Shown piece by piece: positions 46,800 through 56,826 of a stretch of DNA of 64,000 nucleotides. The DNA comes from Macrostomum lignano. Lineage: Eukaryota. The stretch covers positions 101,413-165,412 of the forward strand of contig NIVC01002517.1 of the NCBI GenBank assembly GCA_002269645.1, written 5' to 3'. The notes under the pieces are model-generated. The model worked only from the letters and a program-made list of their open reading frames with translations, was not told where the DNA came from and searched no databases. The position numbers and the translations under genes were made by a program. Within the stretch, counting starts at the first letter, position 1. Every line of letters begins with the position of its first letter.

Positions 46800-46828
46800 T
46801 TATTATTGTGTGTGATTGCCATAAACTT

Positions 46829-48511
46829 ATGCAGCAGCCAGCCGCAGTGCCAGCCAGCCTGCCAGATGGCACCGGATCCGCCATCAGCCGCAAAGGCAGG
46901 CAGATTCAGCTGCGCCCACTGCTCACCGAGCCAGAGGCGGAAGCCTGCCGGGATATTGGCCTGCTGCCATTCACCTGGACTATCGATAGAGTTGCTCACC
47001 GAATCAGCAGCAGCCCGCCTGTGCTGGCCGTCGCCGGGCTCGCCGCGGCCGTCACAGCCTGGCTGATGATCCGTCGCTACCAGTTGAACTCCTGGCGGCA
47101 GCTGTGGCCGGCGGCCTGTCCGCTGCTGCTGCCGCCGGCGCTGCGCGGCCTGTTGTGGCTGGATTGTTCGCGCAAGCACACGTGGGTGCTGCCGGACTAT
47201 CGGCAGTTCGGCCGCTATTGGATCGCGCCGCCGAATCGAATTTATGGGGCATTTTTCAACTCCGCCGCTGCGCCGGCAAGCCGCAGTGCAAACACTGAGG
47301 ACAAGTGAGTGAATGCTTCTATGCGAAATTTAATAAATTGCCATGTATGTCTTTACTATTTTCCAATCCGATATGTTTGCACTTAGTAGGCCCGTATGTT
47401 TCCCGAGCTGTATAGTGCACTTTAGCAAAAATTGTCATTTTGTTTAAGTTCAGCTCTCTATTGAATTACGTAAAATTCCTACTGCCTACTAAAAGTAGAT
47501 GAAAATTTAAATTCATACTGTCTACTAACAGTAGATGAAAGAAATCTCCTGTGCCTACTAACAGTAGATGAAAAATAAAATTCCTATACTGCCTACTAAC
47601 AGTAGATGAAAAATAAGATTCCTATACTGCCTACTAACAGTAGATGAAAAATAAAATTCCTATACTGCCTACTAACAGTAGATGAAAAATAAAATTCCTA
47701 TACTGCCTACTAACAGTAGATGAAAAATAAAATTCCTATACTGCCTACTAACAGTAGATGAAAAATAAAATTCCTATACTGCCTACTAACAGTAGATGAA
47801 AAATAAAATTCCTATACTGCCTACTAACAGTAGATGAAAAATAAAATTCCTATACTGCCTACTAACAGTAGATGAAAAATAAAATTCCTATACTGCCTAC
47901 TAACAGTAGATGAAAAATAAAATTCCTATACTGCCTACTAACAGTAGATGAAAAATAAAATTCCTATACTGCCTACTAACAGTAGATGAAAAATAAAATT
48001 CCTATACTGCCTACTAACAGTAGATGAAAAATAAAATTCCTATGCTGCCTACTAACAGTAGATGAAAAATACGTTTCTTAGTTAAAGTTTATCTTAATTT
48101 AAAGTTTAGAAAGAATTATTGAGTCACAGAATGCCTTGTGATATAGTCTGTGCAATAAATTAAATTTCCAGTTTCAACTTGCTCGTCGGCACAGCCGCTT
48201 GCCTGCACTTAGACGACAGCGCCTGCGAGCTGCAGCGAGTCGGCGTCCCGGCCGAATTTCGCGGCGAAGGCATCGGCGAGATTATGTGCCGGCACGCTAT
48301 GCTGCAGTCGCGCCGGCTTGGCTACAGCCGGATGCAGCTGCACGTGAGCTCCGACCAGCCGCGAGCCATTCGAATCTACGAATCGTTAGGCTTTAAGTTG
48401 AAGGAACGAAAGCCGATTCGAGAGCTGGGCTTGTTAATCACTGAGCAGCGATTGTACGAGATCGACTTGGCTGGCTTGGACCCTGTGAAGTTGGCTGGGG
48501 GTTTGGATTGA
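46829..48511 (+). CDS. NAT8/camello-like GNAT N-acetyltransferase, 2 exons (~271 aa)
   Basis: Exons 46829-47304 (GAC AA|gtgagt) and 48172-48511 (ttccag|T TTC), phase 2. The N-terminal hydrophobic segment VLAVAGLAAAVTAW is followed by GNAT motif A (CELQRVGVPAEFRGEGIG) and motif B (QPRAIRIYESLGF). The start codon is uncertain. Confidence 0.8.
47470..48070. repeat. 38-bp tandem array (~15 copies) in the GNAT intron
   Basis: Unit ctactaacagtagatgaaaaataaaattcctatactgc, period 38 (47581/47619). Confidence 0.95.
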
Positions 48512-48684
48512 ATTTTGAGCGATTTTACCTTAGTTATAATTGCGTGTAGTAATAAATCAGATTTCTGTTGTTTTGGACTAAAGAAATGGAAATCCCTGGA
48601 AAAATTTGCTTTGCTAACGAAGCCTCTATCCAACCCTCGGGTCCTTTGAAGCTTCATCTCACCTCCCTCCTCTCGGCTCACCTT

Positions 48685-48749
48685 CTCTCTCTCTCTTTCT
48701 CTCTCTCTCTCTTTCTCTTTCTCTCTCTCTCTCTCTTTCTCTTTCTCTT

Positions 48750-48828
<79 letters not shown>

Positions 48829-48831
48829 TTA

Positions 48832-48864
<33 letters not shown>

Positions 48865-48865
48865 A

Positions 48866-48900
<35 letters not shown>

Positions 48901-48950
48901 TTATCTCTCTTTCTCTCTCTCTCTTTCTCTTTCTCTCTTTCTCTTTCTCT

Positions 48951-49007
<57 letters not shown>

Positions 49008-49052
49008 TCTCTCTCTCTTTCTTTCTCTTTCTCTCTCTCTCTCTTTCTCTTT

Positions 49053-49096
<44 letters not shown>

Positions 49097-49120
49097 TTCT
49101 CTTTCTCTCTCTCTTTCTTT

Positions 49121-49153
<33 letters not shown>

Positions 49154-49186
49154 TCTCTTTCTCTGTCTCTCTCTCTCTCTCTCTCT

Positions 49187-49240
<54 letters not shown>

Positions 49241-49241
49241 A

Positions 49242-49283
<42 letters not shown>

Positions 49284-49393
49284 CTTCTCTCTCTCTCTCT
49301 CTCTCTCTCTTTATCTCTCTTTCTCTCTCTCTCTTTCTCTTTCTCTCTCTCTCTTTCTCTTTCTCTTTCTCTCTCTCTCTTTCTCTCTCTCTC
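48685..49393. repeat. Compound (CT)n/(CTTT) microsatellite, left flank of the PLE
   Basis: About 700 bp of CT repeats. The ORFs 48568..49569 and 48863..49552 are artefacts of it. Confidence 0.97.
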
Positions 49394-49820
49394 TACTCTA
49401 CTCGAGTCCGTCGAAACTGCGACAGGAAAGCGCTTCAACTCGGTCCTCGTCAACGTGTACCAGAACGGCTCCCAATTCGTCGGCTGGCATGCCGATGACG
49501 AAGCCGTGCTTGGCGAACGACCCTTCATCGCTTCAGTGTCAATCGGGTGCACCAGAACCTTCGAGCTAAAAGCTAAGTCAGCGACCTCCCCTTGTCTATC
49601 TCTCGATCTATTTCATGGCAGTCTTCTGACCATGTCAGGCGACTGTCAGGCCAACTTTTTTCATCGAATTCCCCCGCAACACCACAAACGTGGCCGCCGA
49701 TTCAACTTGACCTTCCGCTGGACTCACGAAGATCCCAACACCGGTGCCACCGGGGCTTCCCTGGCCCATCTGCACCCAGTGCCACCAAGACAGCCACTCC
49801 CAACACCGCAGTCCCTCTGA
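49394..49820 (+). CDS. AlkB-family 2OG-Fe(II) dioxygenase domain (ALKBH2/3-like), N-terminally truncated
   Basis: The frame read back from the ORF track gives TLLESVETATGKRFNSVLVNVYQNGSQFVGWHADDEAVLGERPFIASVSIGCTRTFEL...LFHGSLLTMSGDCQANFFHRIP...RFNLTFRW. All of N-x-Y, HxD, the distal H and RxNxTxR are intact. Confidence 0.9.
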
Positions 49821-49828
49821 CTGCAAGC

Positions 49829-50728
49829 ATGGCACCAGTCGATCTCGACGAGAGCGCCCAATCTGCCGAACATCGTAGGATCCCAGAGGTCGTCTGCTCC
49901 AACAACGACACCACGACAGCCAGCACGATCGCAGCATCTAGCAATGAGCCCACGGCAAGCACGAGCACGGAGACCAACGCCGACTCGGTAGTGGACGGCG
50001 GCGCGACGACCATCGGGGACGTGGCAGCGAGCGCCGATGCGACGATCAGCAACGACCCCTCAGCGGCTGCGGTTGCAGCTTCGGACGGCAGTCCGGCGGC
50101 AGGCGGGACCACCGAAGTCGCCTCACCTGAGAACGGCTGTACGTCGGCAGCTGACGACCTCTTTGTGACCCCGCCTCTTCCACGGGTGGGACTGCCTGCT
50201 TCACCTGCCAAACGCCGCTTACCATCGCCGGACTCTGAAGACTCCCCTGGTGGTCCGGAACGCCACAGGCCGCATCTGAATGACTCACCCAGCACCTTTG
50301 AGCAACCTGTTTCGCTCATCATCAGCAGGGACTGCCGGAACCTGGTACTCTGCCCAAAGCCTTTCGAGGGCCTCAAACTGCCGGCAATCACAGAGGTACA
50401 TGAGTACTCACTGTCAGCCTTACCATCCCTACTGAGGTCGGCTGCCCTGCGGAACCGGCAATGCGCTCAGTCAACGGTGCTGGTCCTGCCGGACGAGCTG
50501 CTCAGCACAGACCACTGGCGAGAGTTGCTCTCTGAGGCTATCGATCTACTCAGAGCGGACAGTCTGACACGTAAGATCCTTCTGGTTCCGTCCTTTGCCA
50601 GCGGTGAAGAATTGACTCAATCTCTGAGTAAGAAACTCTCACCTGTTACTCTTATTGCTCTCCTCCTCTTAAACCAATTGTATCCTTCTCAGCGCCGGAC
50701 TTTATACTGGCGCTGGCTTCCTGGCTGA
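49829..50728 (+). CDS. PLE accessory ORF: Ala/Thr/Ser/Pro-rich linker plus C-terminal alpha/beta-looking domain
   Basis: ATG at 49829, 8 nt after the AlkB stop; the frame is open from 49592. The C-terminal ~140 aa (PVSLIISRDCRNL...STVLVLP...KILLVPS) may be a degenerate SGNH-esterase-like fold, but no clear GDS motif is present. Confidence 0.55.
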   Translation: MAPVDLDESAQSAEHRRIPEVVCSNNDTTTASTIAASSNEPTASTSTETNADSVVDGGATTIGDVAASADATISNDPSAAAVAASDGSPAAGGTTEVASPENGCTSAADDLFVTPPLPRVGLPASPAKRRLPSPDSEDSPGGPERHRPHLNDSPSTFEQPVSLIISRDCRNLVLCPKPFEGLKLPAITEVHEYSLSALPSLLRSAALRNRQCAQSTVLVLPDELLSTDHWRELLSEAIDLLRADSLTRKILLVPSFASGEELTQSLSKKLSPVTLIALLLLNQLYPSQRRTLYWRWLPG

Positions 50729-53343
50729 GAACTTTAAACTAGCTGACTACTGTAGGCCTCCCAAACTGGAAGGCAACATTTTAAATCTACACCCTACCTT
50801 CAAACTCTCCGAGTCTGAGACGAGGCTGCTAGATAAGGGACTCAATTTTATCCCAACCCAAGCCCTTGATTTCGATGAGTTGAGGAACTGCATGACGGAA
50901 TTTCATCGTAAACTTTTCTGGAAAGACTTTTTCAAAAAGAGGGGTCTCGCCAATACCAGCCCGCCCCCCTTCACCGGGAAATCAGGGAAGGAGGTTCCCC
51001 TCAGACTTAGAAGGGATGAGTGCAACTTGTTGGTACTTGAGAACCAAAATCTGGTAGAGAATTTGACAACGGTACAGATCAAAAGCAACCTAGAGGCACC
51101 AGAGACCAGGGCGATTCAGAGGCTCAAGCGAAACAGCTCCGTCCTTATAAAAAAGGCGGACAAAGGCAACGCAGTGGTCATCATGCACCCTAAGGACTAC
51201 GAATTTGCAGCCTACAACCAACTGTTTGACACTGATGCCTATCAACAGCTGGACCAGCCATTGCAACCCGTGACTGCAGAACTTATTAGGGGAATCTTCC
51301 TCAATTTATGTAACAGAAAGTTCATATCTAAGAAACAGTGTGCATTTCTTTGTCCCGGAGAGAACTTCCGTCCCCGGCATTTCTACCTGCTCCCAAAAAT
51401 TCACAAGGACCCGGCCACCTGGCTGATCCCCTTTCGGGTCCCAGCAGGCAGACCTATTGTGAGCGGATGTAGTTCTGAAGCAATTGGGGCAGAAAAGTAC
51501 ATAGACTTCTTTCTTAAACCGATTGCCCAAGCGCAACCCACTTTCATTAAGGACTCCTATGACTTCAAGGCACACCTTATGGATAAAAGCTGCACGGAAG
51601 GTTCGACTCTGGCAACCTGTGATGTCCAGAGTCTGTACTCCATGATCCCAATAGATCAGGGCATTGCAGCGATCCAGGAATTCTTTAACCGATACCCGGA
51701 TCCCATTAGACCGGATGCTGAAATAATAAAGCTACTGGAATTGTGTTTGTACAGGAATGACTTTGAATTTGACAAAATGATTTTCCTACAACTTAGAGGC
51801 ACAGCCATGGGGCGCATATTTGCGCCCAGCTATGCCTGTCTCTTCATGAGCCTCTGGGAGGAAACTGCCCTGAGAACTGCTCTTTATAAGCCGAACATCT
51901 ATTTTAGGTACATAGATGATATCTTCATTCACTGGGACCACCCGGCTGAAACTCTGACAGAATTTGTTGTACACCTAAATTCAATCAACCCCAACATCAA
52001 ACTCACCGTCAGCTCCTCATCAACTGAGGTCAGTTTCCTTGACATGACCATCAGGAAAGCTGAAAACCGCTTCACAACACAACTGTTTTCAAAAGAAACA
52101 GACACTCATAGATTGTTGCACCGACAGTCCTTCCATCCGTCACACACCTTCAAGGGGTAGTAAAATCCCAAGTCCTTCGGTACGCTCGAATCTGTGATGA
52201 CTACAAGTCTTTCAACCGTGCTTTCAATTCTTTAAAATCGGAACTCAAGCAATTAGGCTACTCGAAGATTTTTCTTAGAAACTGCAAAAAGGAGGTCCTC
52301 ATACTTATGAACTGGACTGCAGGACCAACGACCAATCTGGGTCTGCTTCCCAAAGGGTTCCATCCCTGTGGGTCATCCCGTTGCAAATGCTGCACCCACT
52401 CACCGCCTGCTCTCTCCGCCCAGGGACTGCAACCGGCTTCTGGTTTTTTAATCTCTCAGAGCCTGTCCTGTGGCTCCAAGAACATCATCTATGGCATCTC
52501 CTGCAACCAGTGCCACCCTGGGAAAATCTTCTATGTAGGGATGACTAGAAGAACAATGAGAGATAGAATGAACCAGCACAGGTCAAATATTAACAGGAGA
52601 GTCGTAACTTCGGGGTCAGAGCACTTTCTCACCCCCAATCACTCAATTGCAAACTTTGTCTCCATTGCTATCGAACAAGTTCTTAACAACAACAAAATCG
52701 AACTAAGGGAAGAAATCTGGATTAAAAAACTAGGGACTGACAAACCGCCAGGCACGAACATCAGGGTCGACAATCATCTTCTCCGACCCATCCCAATGGT
52801 CCTTCCTTTTCACCCATCTACGGTCTGGCTTGCCAACGAGATTGCTAAAAACTTTGATAAGCTACAAAATAAACCAGGCTCCCGCATAATGCCCGCTTTT
52901 ACACGGCAACGTAACTTACAGAGCCTCCTGGCTCCCAATTAGTTCAAGTCTCAGCCAGGAAACATTTAATCATTTTAACCAATGCGCTATTTTCACCCTA
53001 TTAAAGTACAATATTTATTCACGTGTCATTTATTTTATTTTATTTTATTCAAACTGCTTAATTGTACGCTCAATATTGATTTTTATGCTCCTACCCCAAT
53101 ACCGGCATTTCATCTAATCGTATAGTATCGCATATCGTATAGTACTTCGAAATAACAATTTTTTATAACAAATATACTGTCGTTTAAAATGAATGGTGGA
53201 AAGCCTCTGGGACAAGTTAGAGCTAAGCAAAACAGGGTTTTAAATGTACATCCCTCATATGTACAACTACTCATCAATTCTATCAGACTAAGAAAAATAA
53301 TACTTAAAAGACCAACTTGAATTGCATGACACACAGATTTTTT

Positions 53344-53381
53344 GGCCTGACGAAGAGCCCAGAGGCTCGAAACCGGTAGCC
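53344..53381 (+). ncRNA. Minimal hammerhead ribozyme motif in the PLE 3' pLTR
   Basis: ggc-CTGACGA-a-gagc-ccagag-gctc-GAAA-ccggT-A-gcc: 3-bp stem I, 4-bp stem II, palindromic stem III (ACCGGT) and a GUA triplet (cut after 53378). Confidence 0.8.
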
Positions 53382-53427
53382 CATATTAAATTAATTAAGT
53401 CTTTGATTTTTTTAAACACGCCGTGAC

Positions 53428-53467
53428 CTCTCTTCTCTCTCTCTCTACCTCTCTTTCTCTTTCTCTT

Positions 53468-53523
<56 letters not shown>

Positions 53524-53573
53524 TCTCTCTCTCTTTCTTTCTCTTTCTCTCTCTCTCTCTTTCTCTTTCTCTT

Positions 53574-53625
<52 letters not shown>

Positions 53626-53695
53626 TCTCTCTCTCTTTCTTTCTCTTTCTCTCTCTCTCTTTCTCTTTCTCTTTCTCTCTCTCTCTCTTTCTCTT

Positions 53696-53766
<71 letters not shown>

Positions 53767-53799
53767 CTCTCTCTCTCTCTTTCTCTTTCTCTTTCTCTT

Positions 53800-53865
<66 letters not shown>

Positions 53866-53895
53866 TCTCTCTCTCTTTCTTTCTCTTTCTCTCTC

Positions 53896-53928
<33 letters not shown>

Positions 53929-53985
53929 TTATCTCTCTTTCTCTCTCTCTCTTTCTCTTTCTCTCTCTCTCTTTCTCTTTCTCTT

Positions 53986-54031
<46 letters not shown>

Positions 54032-54035
54032 CCTT
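53428..54035. repeat. Compound (CT)n/(CTTT) microsatellite, right flank of the PLE
   Basis: About 600 bp, the same pattern as 48685-49393. A further (CT)n lies at 54200-54250. Confidence 0.97.
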
Positions 54036-54197
54036 TCTCTTTTTATCTATTCCCTCCCCTTTGCGGCGCTGTGGCCAATCTTTTCACTTGCCCTGACGAA
54101 GAAATATAATAATTCCGGAATATCGGCAATTTAATTAAACTGACTTTCTTCAGTCCTTTCTACCGTTACTGTGTCAGTGCCTGAGATTGGAGGTGCC

Positions 54198-54242
<45 letters not shown>

Positions 54243-54829
54243 TTCTCTATCTATTCCCCCCCCTTTGCAGCACTGTGGCCAATCTACAATAACGGCTGCA
54301 CAAATTGCATGTTAGTTGTCTGATTGCCCAACTTATCATAAAACAGCTTACGAATTCTTCTTTGCTACTGAAAGTAGAGAAACTGTTTTGCTTAGAGAAG
54401 ACTATGTACCAAAGTTCGGCTGCAGTTCAGGCCTTAGAGACAAGACGATACAGAATATAAAGTACGTCCCAAAAAGTCTAAATTTTCAACTGACCTTTTC
54501 AACATCATGTTGAGCAGGAAGTGACCTTCACTTTCTAACCCCACATGGCACTTTGGGCAGGTCCTATTCTCGTAAGGTCTCGCAGTCCTCACTGTTTCGC
54601 AAGCCTATTTATGGTTTGCTAATCTAAACTGTGGCTGGTTTCAAAACCAAACAAGCATCATTTGCGACATTCGCAGTTTATGACTTATGCGCTCATAGAA
54701 TATGTATTGAACAGTCTTAGACTGTTGGTGCTTTATACCAACGTTAATGCGCTTAATTGTATGCAAGAGTCGCTGTGAATTCGCGCATTAAACTCTCTCG
54801 TTTTTCAGTTTCCGCTAATAATTTTTCAA

Positions 54830-56450
54830 ATGTCGACGTTCGAAATTTGGCCGCTATCAATGATCCCGGATAGTCAAGGGAGAATTCTGACAGCGGCGCT
54901 GACTGTCGTTGTTGCGTCCGCAGCTGCATTGTGGTTTGTCCCACGCGCGATCCGCTGGGCCTGCTACCCATTTCCGCCCGGGCCCTGGGGCTCCCGTTGC
55001 TGGGCAATCTGCAACTGTTCAGTAAGTCCGGCAGAGAGGCCGCCCAGACTGTCACTGACAGTTTGGCCAGAGAGTTTTGGCGACATGGTTACAATAAAGC
55101 TAGGGCCAGCTGAGATGGTGCTTGTGATGAAGCCAGAACTGGTGCTTGGAGGCCTTCTAAGCAAACAATTAAGCAACTGGAGTTCCGTCGTGTATTCGTT
55201 TACTTACGCTACGGAAAATAATAATGACATCTTTGTGGCGCCGAACAGCGAGCGACTGCGCTACCACCGGAAGTCTTCATTCTCAGCCTTTCGAGTGTTC
55301 GCCCAGGCCGATCGGCTGGAGCAGTTTATTGTAGATTCGTTTGACAGCGTGACAAAATTCTTTGCCGACCAGGGTCCCGAGCCGAAGGATCTGTATGAGA
55401 CCATCTACCTGCTCACGTACAATCTGCAGTGTCGCATGGCGTTCAGTAAGGAATACACTCCAACTGACCCGGAGTTTTAATGCTACGCAAAAACATTGAG
55501 AACTTGAACCAAAGCTTCCAGAAGGGTCCTTTGTTTGATCTGCCAATACTGAGGTTTCTTCCACTGCCAAGCACTCGTGAGTTTACGTCCTGCGTTGACG
55601 AACTGATTTCTTGGGCTAGGAAGCTGGTTGAGGAGCGTCAGAGAAGCTTTAATCCGAACGAGCTGAACGAAATTCTGGACTTTCTGATACAAGAGCAGAA
55701 ACAGGCTGTAAATTCTAAACAGGGGTGCGTGACATCACAACATACTTCATTTCGTCTTTTTCCTTTCTCGTAAATTCACTTTGCTACACATTTTACTCTA
55801 CAGTCACCTGTTCTAAGGCGTCCATCTTCGGCAGACCCTGCTCGACATCTTCACCGCTGGCACTGACACGACCAGTCCGACTCTGTAATGGGTTGTGTTG
55901 GCGCTGTGCGACCATCCAGAGATGCAAGCTCGCTGCTACGAAGAGATCCAGTCAGTGTTCGGTGACTCAACTTCTAGACTGTCGGAGCGGCACCTGCTGC
56001 CGTACACTGACGCCTTCTTGCACGAGGTGATGCGATTCTGGGCGCTGCTGTCCTTCATTCCCCGCGAGTGCTATGAGGACTGTCAGCTGGGCAATTACCT
56101 GCTTCCGAAGGGTACCCAGGTGATGCTGTCAATCTACCGTTGTCACTACGATCCTACATGCAGTGTTTCCCGAGCCAATACAGTTCAAACCTGAGCATTT
56201 TCTGACAGACGAAGGTCAGTTGGCGCCTCATAAGCGCGGCTTTCCATCGTTTGGTGCGGGCACTCGAGTGTGCCTGGGCGAGTCTATCGCCAAGAAGGGG
56301 ACATACCTCATCACTGTGATGCTGGTGCAGGCGTTCGAGTTTGTACAGTGCCCCGAGGACAAGGGTGTGGATCCGTTTAGCGAGAACAGTAATTTGATTG
56401 CGGCACTGCCGCGCCGTTTTAAGGTACGCGTTTTGCCACGTAAGGCCTGA
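54830..56450 (+). pseudogene. Cytochrome P450 (clan-2-like) with frameshifts and two nonsense codons
   Basis: Motifs: TM anchor, PPGP-x-GLPLLGNL, I-helix FTAGTDTT, ExxR (HEVMR), FKPEHF and heme motif FGAGTRVCLGE. One intron at 55725-55803. Frameshifts at ~54988 (G run), ~55075 (T run), ~55476 (T run) and ~56162; in-frame TAA at 55814-55816 and 55886-55888. Confidence 0.85.
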
Positions 56451-56826
56451 GCAGCCTCTCTAACTGATTATGAACAACTTTATTATGTTCTGTAGCATAC
56501 CGGTAGATATTTTTTGACATACCTTCTATAAATTTTTTAACATTGATTAGCCAAGCAAAGTACTGATGCTGTATTTTTTATACACCAACACCAACCTTCT
56601 CTTCTTGAGCCTTAATATTCTGAAAGATTTTTTCCGATTGACGTTTTCTTTTGACTTATTTGAATTTTTTAATACAGACTTTTAACACTCACCATATTAC
56701 TTAGCTATTAGACTAGGCATTCGTTTGACTTTCTTATTTTCCAGGAATGCGCCGTTCTTAGGTGGAAATTGTCTCTTTGATTGACAATTGATTGACAGCT
56801 TAGGCTCGGAATTGTTGTTGCAGCAG

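Larger units (their letters stand above)
49394..53425 (+). mobile_element. Near-intact Penelope-like retroelement (Neptune/Nematis-type Cys-rich GIY-YIG) carrying an AlkB-like domain
   Basis: The RT frame (open from 50673) has the PLE N-terminal NL..LS..E..LL.KGLNFIP motif, IKKADKGNAVVIM, FYLLPKIHK, GRPIVS, CDVQSLYSMIP, GTAMG...APSYACLFM and RYIDD. After a 1-nt slip in a G run (52154-52157) it continues VVKSQVLRYARIC into PCGSSRCKCC...NIIYGISC..C...YVGMT...RMNQHRS...EHF...H...REEIWIKKLGT..P.GTN, with stop at 52942. A 3' pLTR hammerhead follows at 53344. Confidence 0.92.

Noticed and set aside
55814-55888. TAA read as Gln (variant nuclear code), since both P450 stops fit Gln and most genes here end in TGA
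   Set aside because: The PRORP gene ends in TAA (60359-60361) at the expected C-terminus, and the P450 also has frameshifts, so pseudogenisation is simpler.
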